From assembly GCA_046726415.1 (NCBI GenBank), contig JBKPAK010000308.1, forward strand, positions 1-28,823: a stretch of 28,823 nucleotides of DNA, read 5' to 3'. This document shows, piece by piece, positions 1 through 7,832 of the stretch. Source of the stretch: Candidatus Methylomirabilota bacterium. GTDB taxonomy: Bacteria > Methylomirabilota > Methylomirabilia > Rokubacteriales > CSP1-6. Numbering within the stretch: position 1 is the first letter of the stretch; each line of letters begins with the position of its first letter. Both the position numbers and the translations under genes were made by a program. The notes under the pieces were generated by a model. The model worked only from the letters and a program-made list of their open reading frames with translations, was not told the DNA's origin and made no database searches.

Positions 1-703
1 CCAGGAACCCATCGACCGCGTCGGTCAGTCGACGCGCCGCCTGCGCCATGAACCACGCATCCGGGGTGGGCGTCGAGCCCACTAGCTGAACCCGTCGGCT
101 TCGGAGATCGATCACGAAGAGCGTGTAGTAGGTGATCAGCCCTCGAGGGGTCCAGACCTCGCTGGTGAAGAAGTCGGCCCCCGCGATGGCGCCCCAGTGG
201 GCCCGTAGGAACGTCCGCCAGGAGGTCAGCCAATCCGAGGCCGGCGGAATCCCGTTGGCCTTGAGCACCTTGGCCACCGTGCTCCTGGCCACGCCGTGGC
301 CCAGGTTCTTCAGCGCCCCCTGGATGCGCGTGTAGCCCCACCCCGGATTCTCGGTGGCCATCCGCAGAATGAGCGACGAGATCTCCGGCATGATCCCTGG
401 ACGGCCTGGCCGCGTCGGCGTGAACGTCCACTTCCGGGCGATCAGCTGCCGGTGCCATCGCAGAATCGTGTCGGGGGTCACGATGGTCGCGACCTGCCGC
501 AAGACCCGTCGACCGAGTCGGCGACCTGTCGCCGCGAGGCGTCGGCGCTGGTCGTCGGTGAGCCGGAGGCGGCGCCCCTTCACCTGCTCCTGGAGGATAC
601 GGTTCTCCTCCACCAGGTACTCGATAACGTGTTGTTGGTGGCGGTTGACCCATCCAGCGAGCGTTACGAGTAGCACCCGCAAGGGGTGGAGATCGGCCTT
701 CAT
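1..703 (-). CDS. Integrase-core (rve/DDE) transposase, runs off the left edge of the window
   Basis: Not in the ORF track. Hand translation from ATG 703 is open to position 1: MKADLHPLRVLLVTLAGWVNRHQQHVIEYLVEENRIL...IVTPDTILRWHRQLIARKW...ENPGWGYTRIQGALKNLG...WRTFLRAHWGAIAGADFFTSEVWT...YYTLFVIDL. These are typical HTH + rve transposase motifs, with the first catalytic Asp in ADFF. Confidence 0.9.
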   Translation of the reverse strand, partial: MKADLHPLRVLLVTLAGWVNRHQQHVIEYLVEENRILQEQVKGRRLRLTDDQRRRLAATGRRLGRRVLRQVATIVTPDTILRWHRQLIARKWTFTPTRPGRPGIMPEISSLILRMATENPGWGYTRIQGALKNLGHGVARSTVAKVLKANGIPPASDWLTSWRTFLRAHWGAIAGADFFTSEVWTPRGLITYYTLFVIDLRSRRVQLVGSTPTPDAWFMAQAARRLTDAVDGFL

Positions 704-715
704 AGGCCGATCTTA
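690..715 (-). promoter_or_regulatory. Hairpin sequestering the transposase ATG, overlapping a -10-like TAAGAT
   Basis: Perfect 10-bp inverted repeat AGATCGGCCT-ATGA-AGGCCGATCT (690-699/704-713) with the start codon in the loop. TAAGAT (715-710) lies 6 nt before the ATG. Confidence 0.6.
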
Positions 716-775
716 CCGAGCCTTACGCCCGGACCGGTACCGGGAAGGCCTCGACCGAATATTCGGACACTACGG

Positions 776-862
776 GGTTGCGTGGAGGTGCTGGCAGACC
801 GACCAGAACTGCTCCGCCTCGAAGAACCCGCTCCTCGGGTCCGCTTCCGTCAGCCGCTCCAT
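776..862 (-). pseudogene. Probable tyrosine integrase remnant
   Basis: MERLTEADPRSGFFEAEQFWSVCQHL resembles the LxExxxRxGFFExEQFxxVxxxL segment that precedes the catalytic domain of some tRNA-targeting integrases (recalled pattern). It is cut by the IS end. Confidence 0.45.
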
Positions 863-912
863 CCGGCCATCACACGCGCAAGCTCGATCGCGACCGCGCT
901 CACTCACCGCCC

Positions 913-1266
913 TCACTTCACGCTCTCCGGCTTGATGCTTGTGAGCGCCTCGGCGGAAAAACAGCCGGTGCTGCCTTGGAAGGGGCCGTCGAGAACCCGG
1001 ACCGCCACCATGGGGCCGCACCCGTCATCCAGCCGTTCGACGCGAGTGGGAGCCTCCAGCTTGCCCACGATGGACTCCGCGCAGAAATCGACCGCGTCGT
1101 CGACGGGCTTCTTCAGGACCCTCGCCTGGTAGAGGCATACGCGGTACTCGGGATGGCTCTTCCACAGCAGCGCCAGGGCGCCCGGGACCACGTAGCGGAG
1201 ATCGTCCTGGGCGTGGGCGAGACTGCCGAGCAGCATCAGTCCGAGAGCGAGCGCTACGATCTTTAT
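913..1266 (-). CDS. Small secreted hypothetical protein (island cargo); start uncertain
   Basis: GGAGG is followed by in-frame ATA-AAG-ATC, giving the signal-peptide-like (M)KIVALALGLMLLGSLAHA-QDD. The ORF is open to the stop at 913 and has 4 Cys in the mature part. Confidence 0.5.
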   Translation of the reverse strand: MKIVALALGLMLLGSLAHAQDDLRYVVPGALALLWKSHPEYRVCLYQARVLKKPVDDAVDFCAESIVGKLEAPTRVERLDDGCGPMVAVRVLDGPFQGSTGCFSAEALTSIKPESVK

Positions 1267-1276
1267 GCCGCCTCCA

Positions 1277-1348
1277 CTGTGTGAAAGCAGTGTGCAAGAC
1301 AAGTCCCGAAACCCCCTCAAAACCCAGCACGACACGACTTGCACAGGA
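1277..1348. repeat. Candidate integrase arm-type sites
   Basis: Tandem 11-mers CTGTGTGAAAG (1277-1287) and CAGTGTGCAAG (1288-1298), with an inverted partial copy CTTGCACA at 1338-1345. Confidence 0.45.
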
Positions 1349-1349
1349 A

Positions 1350-1388
1350 CAAAAACTCCCTGGAAACTCAGTGTTTTTCCAGGGAGTT
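1350..1388 (-). terminator. Intrinsic terminator-like hairpin
   Basis: 13-bp perfect stem AACTCCCTGGAAA (1354-1366) / TTTCCAGGGAGTT (1376-1388), running into TTTTTGTT on the minus strand just downstream of the tRNA half. Confidence 0.6.
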
Positions 1389-1402
1389 CCGATCACACGC
1401 GA

Positions 1403-1444
1403 GGCTTCGGAGGCCAACGCTCTATCCAACTGAGCTACGGGCGC
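1403..1444 (-). pseudogene. tRNA-Arg(CCG), 5' half only
   Basis: GCGCCCGTAGCTCAGTTGGATAGAGCGTTGGC-CTCCGAA-GCC gives the acceptor 5' strand, D-arm and anticodon loop. It then continues TCGCGTGTG with no GGTTCGA T-arm and no CGGGCGC acceptor 3' strand. Confidence 0.88.
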
Positions 1445-1465
1445 GGTACTTCATCGCCGGGGTTG

Positions 1466-1543
1466 TGGGGTGACCGAAGGGGATCGAACCCTCAACCCCT
1501 GGAGCCACAGTCCAGTGCTCTGACCAATTGAGCTACGGTCACC
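1466..1543 (-). tRNA. tRNA-His(GTG)
   Basis: G-GTGACCG...CTGGA-CTGTGGC-TCCAG...GGTTCGATCC...CGGTCAC-C-CCA, with the G-1:C73 histidine identity pair and encoded CCA. Confidence 0.97.
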
Positions 1544-1562
1544 GCGACAAACGCAAGCGCAA

Positions 1563-1592
1563 ACTCTACAGGAGCGCACGAAACAGTGTCAA
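1563..1592 (-). promoter_or_regulatory. Sigma70 promoter of the tRNA-His/Arg operon
   Basis: TTGACA (1592-1587), 18-nt spacer, TAGAGT (1568-1563). Confidence 0.6.
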
Positions 1593-1671
1593 CCGACGGG
1601 GCGCCTGGGTCAATCGGTAGGGTGCCCGGACGGGCCCGCCGCTCACCGCGCCCGCGGCTTGGCGACCTCCC

Positions 1672-2556
1672 TCACCGGCTCCCCGCCCTCCCAATCGCCT
1701 CCCGCATCGCCCTCAAGCCCTCTGCCGGCCCCCGCAGCGGCGACGCCAGCAGCGCCCGTGCCCGGTCAATCCGCAGGCCCGCCCGCAGGGGCCGCGCGGC
1801 CCGTTGGCCGAGGGCCGACGTGGTCACCGGGTCCAGCAACGCTTCGTCGAGTCCGAACACCCGACAGGCCAGCCGCGCGAAGGCGTGGCGGTCGAGGGCC
1901 TCAGGGCCGGCGACGTGATACACCCCGCCGAGGCCCCGCTCAGTCAGCTCGACGCTGGCCGCGGCGAGGTCCGCGTTGTACGTCGGGCTGGAGATCTGGT
2001 CGTGCGGCGCCTTCATGCGCTGCCCGGCACGCCCGCGCCTGAGCAGCTGGTACACGAAGTTCTTGCCCTGCGGCTCTGGCCCGTACACCACCGTGGTGCG
2101 CACGATCGCCGCCCGCGAGTTCGCTTCGCACACCGCGCGCTCGCCCTCCAGCTTGCTCCGGCCATAGACCGAGATCGGCTGCACGGGGCTGTCTTCGGCG
2201 TAGGGGCCCCCTTCACCGTCGAAGACGTACTCCGTGGAGTAGAACACGATGCCGGCTCCCCGGTGGGCGGCGCCGCGCGCCACCAGGGCCGGCGCGTCTC
2301 GGTTCAGGCGAAAGGCCTCCTCGGGATGCTCCTCGCAGTAGTCGACGTGCGTGAGAGCGCTGGCGCAGAACACCCAGTCGGGCGCGGTCTGGTCAACGAG
2401 GCGCCGGGTGGCATCGGCGTCGGTGATGTCGAGAGGGAGCAACCCAGGGCGTGGCATGTGCGCATATGTCCCGATCCACTGATGCCCTCGCGCGGTCAGC
2501 TGTTCAGCGAGGGCCGCTCCCACTTGGCCGGAGGCGCCGAGGATGAGAGCTCGCAT
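1672..2556 (-). CDS. rfbD: dTDP-4-dehydrorhamnose reductase
   Basis: GASGQVG, STEYVFDG, YGRSK and DQISSPT motifs. Confidence 0.88.
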   Translation of the reverse strand: MRALILGASGQVGAALAEQLTARGHQWIGTYAHMPRPGLLPLDITDADATRRLVDQTAPDWVFCASALTHVDYCEEHPEEAFRLNRDAPALVARGAAHRGAGIVFYSTEYVFDGEGGPYAEDSPVQPISVYGRSKLEGERAVCEANSRAAIVRTTVVYGPEPQGKNFVYQLLRRGRAGQRMKAPHDQISSPTYNADLAAASVELTERGLGGVYHVAGPEALDRHAFARLACRVFGLDEALLDPVTTSALGQRAARPLRAGLRIDRARALLASPLRGPAEGLRAMREAIGRAGSR

Positions 2557-2618
2557 CAGGTTGCGCTCGCGCGCGCCGAGCGTCGGGGGGCAAGGGAGTC
2601 CCTCTCGAGGCCTCCCAT
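2556..2618 (-). repeat. REP-like palindromic element, copy 1; also a 20-aa mini-ORF coupled to rfbD
   Basis: 47/60 ungapped identity to 13336-13395. Reads MGGLERDSLAPRRSARASAT*, and its TGA overlaps the rfbD ATG (TGATG). Confidence 0.75.
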
Positions 2619-2622
2619 CCCA

Positions 2623-3414
2623 CTAGGCGTCGCCTTCACGCGGCGACGGGCCGCCATCGATGACGATGGTCTCGCCGGTCATGAACGCGGAGGCCTCCGA
2701 TGCGAGGAAGATGCAGGGCCACGCGATCTCCTCCACCTTACCCCAACGCCCCATCCCCACGCGCGAGGCCACGCGGTCGTAGATCTCCTGGGCGTCCTTC
2801 TCCGTCTTGTGCAGCACATCGAGATACCCTTCGGTCTCGATGGGCCCGGGGGCGATGCAGTTCACGCGGACGCCCTTGCGCCCCCAGGCCACGCCGAGCT
2901 CGCGGGTGAGCATGATGACGGCCGACTTGGAGGCGCCGTAGTGGGACATCATCGTGGAGCCATACACGCCAGCGACCGAGGCAATGTTGATGATGACCCC
3001 GTGGCCTTGCGCCATCATGTGCTTGCCGGCGTGCTTGCAGCCGAGGAACACGCCGTTGAGGTTGATCTGAACGACGGTATTCCAGCCGTTGATCGAGATG
3101 TCCTCGACCTTCGCGCGGAAGGAGGCCCCGGCGTTGTTGACCATGACTTCGAGCCGGCCGAACTCGGCGACGGCGCGGTCGACCACGGCCTTGACCTGAT
3201 CTTCCTGGCGGACGTCCACCGCCATGGCGAACGACCGGCGGCCCTGATCGCGGATGGCCTTGGCCACCGCCTCGCAGTTCTCGAGCTTGCGGCTGCACAC
3301 GGCCACATCCGCCCCGGCCCGCGCGAATTCGAGGGCGATGGACTTGCCGATGCCGACCCCGCCGCCGGTGACGATAGTGGTTTTGCCCTCGATGGAGAAG
3401 GGGTTGTTCGTCAT
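2623..3414 (-). CDS. Classical SDR oxidoreductase
   Basis: TGGGVGIG, NNAG, YGASK and VNCIAPG motifs. Start set at MTNNPFSIEGK; the longer track ORF is a spurious upstream extension. Confidence 0.92.
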   Translation of the reverse strand: MTNNPFSIEGKTTIVTGGGVGIGKSIALEFARAGADVAVCSRKLENCEAVAKAIRDQGRRSFAMAVDVRQEDQVKAVVDRAVAEFGRLEVMVNNAGASFRAKVEDISINGWNTVVQINLNGVFLGCKHAGKHMMAQGHGVIINIASVAGVYGSTMMSHYGASKSAVIMLTRELGVAWGRKGVRVNCIAPGPIETEGYLDVLHKTEKDAQEIYDRVASRVGMGRWGKVEEIAWPCIFLASEASAFMTGETIVIDGGPSPREGDA

Positions 3415-3461
3415 GCCGGGCACCATAGCACAGCGAGCGCGCCCTGGGCACGGCCCGCCGG

Positions 3462-3935
3462 TCAGCGCGGGAGCGCGATGCTCTCCTGCCGGCGCGGAGC
3501 TTCGCGCTCGATCCTGGCCCACACCCCCATGGGTGAGAAGCTGGCGCCGTTGTCGGATGCGCACTCCTGGAGCTTCTCGAGCACGACGCGGGCCTCCTCG
3601 AGGCGACGCCGGGGGGCCTTGGCCGCGCGCCGGACACCGTCGTCGCCCGTGCGCTTGGCCTCGACCCAGGCTTGCTCGACGTGCGCCACGAGCAAGGTCA
3701 TGCGCTCCACCTCTCCGTCGAAGTGTTGGCGCCACTCGGCGCGCGTGGCGAAGCGTGGGCAGTCGCGATTCACCGCTTCCTGAAAGTGTCGGATGATCTG
3801 GTCAATTTCGAGCAGGTGATAGTCGACCCGACTTCGGGCGTCCTGAGCGGTCTGAGCGTGCGCCAGCGACGCGCTCGCCGTGATGGTGACGAGCCAGGCT
3901 ACTTCGAGAGCGAGGCACAACCAGATGCCGAGCAC
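3462..3935 (-). CDS. Exported helical hypothetical protein
   Basis: Hydrophobic N-terminus ending SLAHA-Q, followed by amphipathic helices; codon usage fits the genome. Confidence 0.65.
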   Translation of the reverse strand: MLGIWLCLALEVAWLVTITASASLAHAQTAQDARSRVDYHLLEIDQIIRHFQEAVNRDCPRFATRAEWRQHFDGEVERMTLLVAHVEQAWVEAKRTGDDGVRRAAKAPRRRLEEARVVLEKLQECASDNGASFSPMGVWARIEREAPRRQESIALPR

Positions 3936-4006
3936 GGGGGCTCAGTATACCGCCAGAGGGATCACGCCTTCGCTCCCTCGAGGGTCAGGTCGGGAGGCGC
4001 GAGCCC

Positions 4007-4606
4007 CTATCTCGGAGTCGGAGCGGGGGCCTGGTGGGGCGGAGCCTGTGGAGCGGGGGCCGGTGAGGCCGGGGCCCGTTGGGCCGGCGGCTGAGGGATC
4101 GGAGTGGTCTCGCGCAAAAGGTCGATCTTGCCCTGCGGTCCCCAGCTGAAGGTCGAGCTGCCGTTACCCGCGAGTCGGTTCGGCTGGGCAGCGGCGGTGT
4201 AGAGAACCAGCTCCTGGTCGCCGTCGGGGGGCGAGGCGTAGAGGACCAGCGTGGTGCGGCCAGTGTAGGACGCGATTCGCCCCCGCACCGCGGTCGACAC
4301 GGAGTCGCCGCGAACCTCGTACGTGATGATGCCGGACAGCGTCGGTTCCTTGTCGCCCGCGATCACCGAGTCGATCGGGATCGGGCCGATGTTCAGGACC
4401 GAGGAACCATACTCCATGTCATTGGCGGTGAGGGTGATGAGCACCTGCGAGTTGCCCCACACGCCGCGCCATACCCCGCGGAGATCGGGGATCTTCGTTC
4501 CGGGAGGCAGGGTGTGGAGCCGGGGACCGCACCCGGCGACCATCGCCAGCAGGGCGAAGAGCGCGATGCGGTGGGCGCTGCAGCGCCTCCTCGGAGCCAG
4601 GCTCAC
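4007..4606 (-). CDS. Hypothetical lipoprotein, paralog of the upstream gene
   Basis: GTG start overlaps the upstream TGA (GTGA). Lipobox VAG-C, PDLRGVWRGVWG and LAGNGSSTFSWGP motifs, Pro-rich tail. Confidence 0.75.
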   Translation of the reverse strand: MSLAPRRRCSAHRIALFALLAMVAGCGPRLHTLPPGTKIPDLRGVWRGVWGNSQVLITLTANDMEYGSSVLNIGPIPIDSVIAGDKEPTLSGIITYEVRGDSVSTAVRGRIASYTGRTTLVLYASPPDGDQELVLYTAAAQPNRLAGNGSSTFSWGPQGKIDLLRETTPIPQPPAQRAPASPAPAPQAPPHQAPAPTPR

Positions 4607-5100
4607 CGAACCTCGCGCTTTAGGTTGATGGGCCCGGAGGGGCCCCACTGGACGGTCGAGGTCCCGTTGCCGGCGAGCTGTTCCGGCGTCACCGTAGTCA
4701 GAACCAGCTCCTGATAGTCGTTCCAGCTCCACCCCGGCTGCCCGGTCAGCACGAGGGTCAGGCGATTGTTGAACATTCCCATGCGCCCCGCCACCGCCAC
4801 AGACATCGGCCCAGCCTTGCCATCGGTCGAAAGCGTGCCCTTGACCTCGGCGTCGTTCTCGCCCACTGCGGCCTGCGCGAAGTTGGAGTACCCGGACAGC
4901 GCCTGGCTGACGAAGCCCCTCTCGCTCTTCTTGAAGATCACGAGGGTGGTGGGTGCTTCGCCCCACGTGCCCCTCCAGGTTCCCGAAAGATCCGGCCAGC
5001 CCGGCGGCGTTACCTGGGGCGGCGGTTGCTGGGCATTCCCGGTACTTGCCGCGAGACCCAGGAGGGCAGCGATCAAGAGCGTCCGTCGGGGGACTGGCAT
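4603..5100 (-). CDS. Secreted hypothetical protein
   Basis: GGAGG RBS, signal peptide ending GNA-QQ, PDLSGTWRGTWG and LAGNGTSTVQWGP motifs. Confidence 0.78.
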   Translation of the reverse strand: MPVPRRTLLIAALLGLAASTGNAQQPPPQVTPPGWPDLSGTWRGTWGEAPTTLVIFKKSERGFVSQALSGYSNFAQAAVGENDAEVKGTLSTDGKAGPMSVAVAGRMGMFNNRLTLVLTGQPGWSWNDYQELVLTTVTPEQLAGNGTSTVQWGPSGPINLKREVR

Positions 5101-5118
5101 GGGTGACCTCCGTTTCAG

Positions 5119-5195
5119 TGGTCGGGGTGAGAGGATTTGAACCTCCGGCCCCCTGCTCCCAAAGCAGGTGCGCTACCAGGCTGCGCCACACCCCG
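5119..5195 (-). tRNA. tRNA-Pro(TGG)
   Basis: CGGGGTG...CCTGC-TTTGGGA-GCAGG...GGTTCAAATCC...CACCCCG-A-CCA. An extended -10 (TGtTAGAAT) lies at 5214-5206. Confidence 0.97.
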
Positions 5196-5336
5196 CCGCC
5201 TGAGAATTCTAACAGTTGGCCGACGCGGGCGCCCCAGGGAGATGGTGCTGACGCCGCTGACCGCTCGCCGCAGCGCGCCGTTCCGACAGAGTCGCTTACC
5301 TGAAGGGAGCTTCGTCAGTCCGGACCCCCACGCCGT

Positions 5337-5970
5337 TCACTTCAGTCCCATGCAGTTGGCATAGTACGTCACCGTCGCCGCCCAGTCGGAGAAGATGCCA
5401 AGGATGCCAACCTGCCTCGCCAACACGTCAAGCGTGACCAGGATGTCGCCATCGTTGTGCAGGGCGTCCAAGGTCGTCTGGTAGTAGAACGACGGGCTCG
5501 CAGTGCCCTGGTGGGCAGCACTTCCTCAACGATGCGGCCCGATCGCTCGAGCGTCCAGGTGATGATGTCGAGCTTGGCCGCCTTGGCATTCCGAGCATAC
5601 TCGGAGGACGCAATCCGGCCGTTGCCGTCGACCGTCAGCAGCGCCCACATGGGCGGCCCCACGACGTTCACGCCCTGGGCGGCGAGCGCCCTCAGCTCCG
5701 CGAGGGTGGGAAGCTCGCTCGGCGTGTTGGCATCGTCGAGGAACACCGCTTGTTAGCCGAACTTGGGCTCGTTCTGATCCAGTAGAGGACAGCCGAGGTT
5801 GAACGATTGCGCGAACACGTCCTTGGGCGCGATGTTGGCCCCTTGTAGTCGTCGATCAGCGCCTGGGCGTAGAGCTCCTGGCTGCCGAACACGGTCTCGA
5901 CCTGCAGCCTGGCGCTTCTGTTGGGCCCCTTGAGCTCGGGCGTGAACTTTGCGCCGAGCGACTTGATGAG
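5337..5970 (-). pseudogene. Glycerophosphodiester phosphodiesterase, C-terminal relic
   Basis: Across frames it reads LIKSLGAKFTPELK...VFAQSFN...VLYWI...LDIITWTLERSG...[23 protein letters not shown]. It has several frameshifts (about 5840, 5790, 5775, 5500), an in-frame TAA at 5755-5753 and no N-terminus. Confidence 0.8.
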
Positions 5971-6145
5971 CGGCGGCTCGTTACCGAACGAGGTCTCGGT
6001 TCGCTGGGAAGTGGCGAGAGACGCGGCGATGAAGCACGTGGTGCGCCGGGGCTCCACTCTGGCCAGCGCCGAACATGCTCACTCCGTCCACGTGACGGTG
6101 CTGAGCCTGGAGCCCGATCGCTGGTACTGGTACCGCTTCGATGTC
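5969..6145 (+). pseudogene. PhoD-like alkaline phosphatase, N-domain fragment
   Basis: VSVRWEVARD...VVRRG...AHSVHVTVLSLEPDRWYWYRF is the hallmark PhoD_N segment. Start, signal peptide and catalytic domain are absent. Confidence 0.8.
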
Positions 6146-6305
6146 AACCTCCCGAGGGGTGTCTCCGCCGGCCAGCATCTCTCAGCTGCGTTGCTCTGCG
6201 ATGCCGAGGTGGTGAAGTCCCCGTGTCGCCACCGCGCTGCCCGGGTAGCCCGGCTCGGGGAACGGAAGGAGTTCGACACGGCCAAGCGATGGGCGATCCG
6301 GTCAG

Positions 6306-6962
6306 CTACGACGCGGCGGCCAGAAGCCTCCGCGCCGCGGCCACGGCGACCGCGCGATGGCTCACCCGCGCCTTCTCCTCCGTGGACAGCTCGGCGAACG
6401 TGCGCCCGAGCGCCGGATAGAAGAAGATCGGGTCGTAGCCGAAGCCGCCAGATCCGCGGGGGGCGTCGAGGATGGTTCCCTCGGCGCTTCCCTCTACCAG
6501 GCGCGCCCCACCGTCGGGCGATGCGAGCGCGATCGCGCAGCGAAAGCGCGCCGTCCGCCGGGCTGGCGGCACCCCGCGCAGCTCCTTCAGGAGCAGGTTC
6601 ACCCGATCGCCGTAGGCGAGCCCCGGGCCGCCGTATCGCGCCGAACGGGGCCCGGGAGCGCCTCCGAGGGCGTCCACTTCGAGCCCGGAGTCGTCAGCGA
6701 GGGCGAGGCACCCGGTGAGCCGGGCCGCGGCGCGCGCCTTGAGAAGGGCGTTGCCGGCATATGTCTCTTCCGTTTCCTCGGGGGGGAGCCCGACGCCAGG
6801 CCAGTCGGCGAGCGGCTGCAGGTCGAAGCCGACGTCACCCAGTAGCTCCATCAGCTCGCGCGCCTTGTCGCGGTTTAGGGTAGCCACGACCAGCACGCGC
6901 TTCGCAGAATTCGGCACCGCCACGCCCAGCCTGCGGTTCGCCGTATCTGGCGCGTTCTTCAC
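6306..6962 (-). CDS. rdgB: Non-canonical purine NTP pyrophosphatase (HAM1 family); start may be somewhat downstream
   Basis: ADDSGLEVDALGGAPG, GFGYDPIF and SHR motifs; follows rph. Confidence 0.93.
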   Translation of the reverse strand: MKNAPDTANRRLGVAVPNSAKRVLVVATLNRDKARELMELLGDVGFDLQPLADWPGVGLPPEETEETYAGNALLKARAAARLTGCLALADDSGLEVDALGGAPGPRSARYGGPGLAYGDRVNLLLKELRGVPPARRTARFRCAIALASPDGGARLVEGSAEGTILDAPRGSGGFGYDPIFFYPALGRTFAELSTEEKARVSHRAVAVAAARRLLAAAS

Positions 6963-7032
6963 AGTACCGCGACCATCGGCGGGGAGACCGGAAAGGGATG
7001 CCCCAGAATCAAGGGACCTGGCCGCGGTGAGG

Positions 7033-7761
7033 CTACAGGGTCAAGGTGCGCTCGCCCCGCGCGGCGAGCGCGCGGCGCTGGAGCGAGACCAGCCGGCGAA
7101 TTCCCGTCTCGGCGAGGCCCAGGAGCTGGTCGAGCTGGGCGCGACCGAACGGCACCTGCTCGGCCGTCCCTTGCACTTCCACGAAGGCGCCCGCGCCTGT
7201 CATCACCACGTTCATGTCGACTTCGGCGGTGGAGTCCTCCGCGTAGTTGAGATCGAGCGTGGGCTCGCCCTTCACGATGCCCACGCTGATGGCGGCCACA
7301 CAATCGCGAAGGGCCGCCGGGAGCTGCGCACCGGGCATGCGACCGATGGCGTCGGCGAGAGCGACGAAGCTACCCGTGATGGCAGCGGTGCGAGTACCGC
7401 CATCGGCCTGGATCACGTCGCAGTCGATCCACACGGTGCGCTCGCCGAGCTTGCTGCGATCAACCACGGCTCGGAGCGCACGCCCGACCAGGCGTTGGAT
7501 CTCCTGCGAGCGCCCGCTGGGGCCGCGGTTCTCGCGCGTGCTGCGGGTGTTGGTCGCTCGGGGGAGCATGGCGTACTCGGCGGTGACCCATCCCAGGCCT
7601 TGCCCCTTGAGGAAGGGCGGAACCTTGTCCTCTACCGAGGCCGTGCAGATCACTTTCGTCGCACCAAACTCCACCAGCACTGAGCCCTCGGGATGCACGA
7701 GGAAGTCGCGCGTGAAGGTGACGCGACGAAGCTGGTCCCAGGCGCGCCCGTCGATCCGCAT
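7033..7761 (-). CDS. rph: Ribonuclease PH
   Basis: [36 protein letters not shown] and EVQGTAE motifs. Confidence 0.97.
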   Translation of the reverse strand: MRIDGRAWDQLRRVTFTRDFLVHPEGSVLVEFGATKVICTASVEDKVPPFLKGQGLGWVTAEYAMLPRATNTRSTRENRGPSGRSQEIQRLVGRALRAVVDRSKLGERTVWIDCDVIQADGGTRTAAITGSFVALADAIGRMPGAQLPAALRDCVAAISVGIVKGEPTLDLNYAEDSTAEVDMNVVMTGAGAFVEVQGTAEQVPFGRAQLDQLLGLAETGIRRLVSLQRRALAARGERTLTL

Positions 7762-7832
7762 CTACTCGAACCGGGGCCGCGGCATGGTGACGCTCGAAGC
7801 GTCCCGGCAAATTATGCCCTTCACGCCGTGGC

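Larger units (their letters stand above)
1..775 (-). mobile_element. IS-like element, left end near 775
   Basis: Contains the transposase and about 70 bp upstream. The minus strand begins CCGTAGTGTCCGAATATTCGG, including the palindrome CCGAATATTCGG at 755-766. The upstream integrase-like frame terminates here. The exact end cannot be confirmed without the other end. Confidence 0.6.

Noticed and set aside
132..935. Plus-strand ORFs over the transposase
   Set aside because: They are antisense to the transposase frame, which the track missed because it runs off the window.
776..1402. Group I/II intron interrupting tRNA-Arg
   Set aside because: The break is in the 3' strand of the anticodon stem rather than the loop, there is no GTGYG at the junction, no intron core is recognisable, and no 3' exon is in the window. 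Integration fits better, but an intron was not computationally excluded.
1804..3783. Long antisense or alternative-frame ORFs (e.g. 1804-3783, 10907-12634, 11889-13352, 13777-15942, 23879-25189, 26399-27577)
   Set aside because: They are shadows of well-supported genes in high-GC DNA and carry no recognisable motifs.
4607..5191. N-terminal half of the 394-aa track ORF 4007-5191
   Set aside because: It runs through tRNA-Pro and the 4603-5100 gene; the real start is the coupled GTG at 4606.
6146..6300. Possible riboswitch (GCTGAGAG on the minus strand)
   Set aside because: The other TPP core motifs are not evident and no intact downstream gene exists; more likely decayed phoD sequence.
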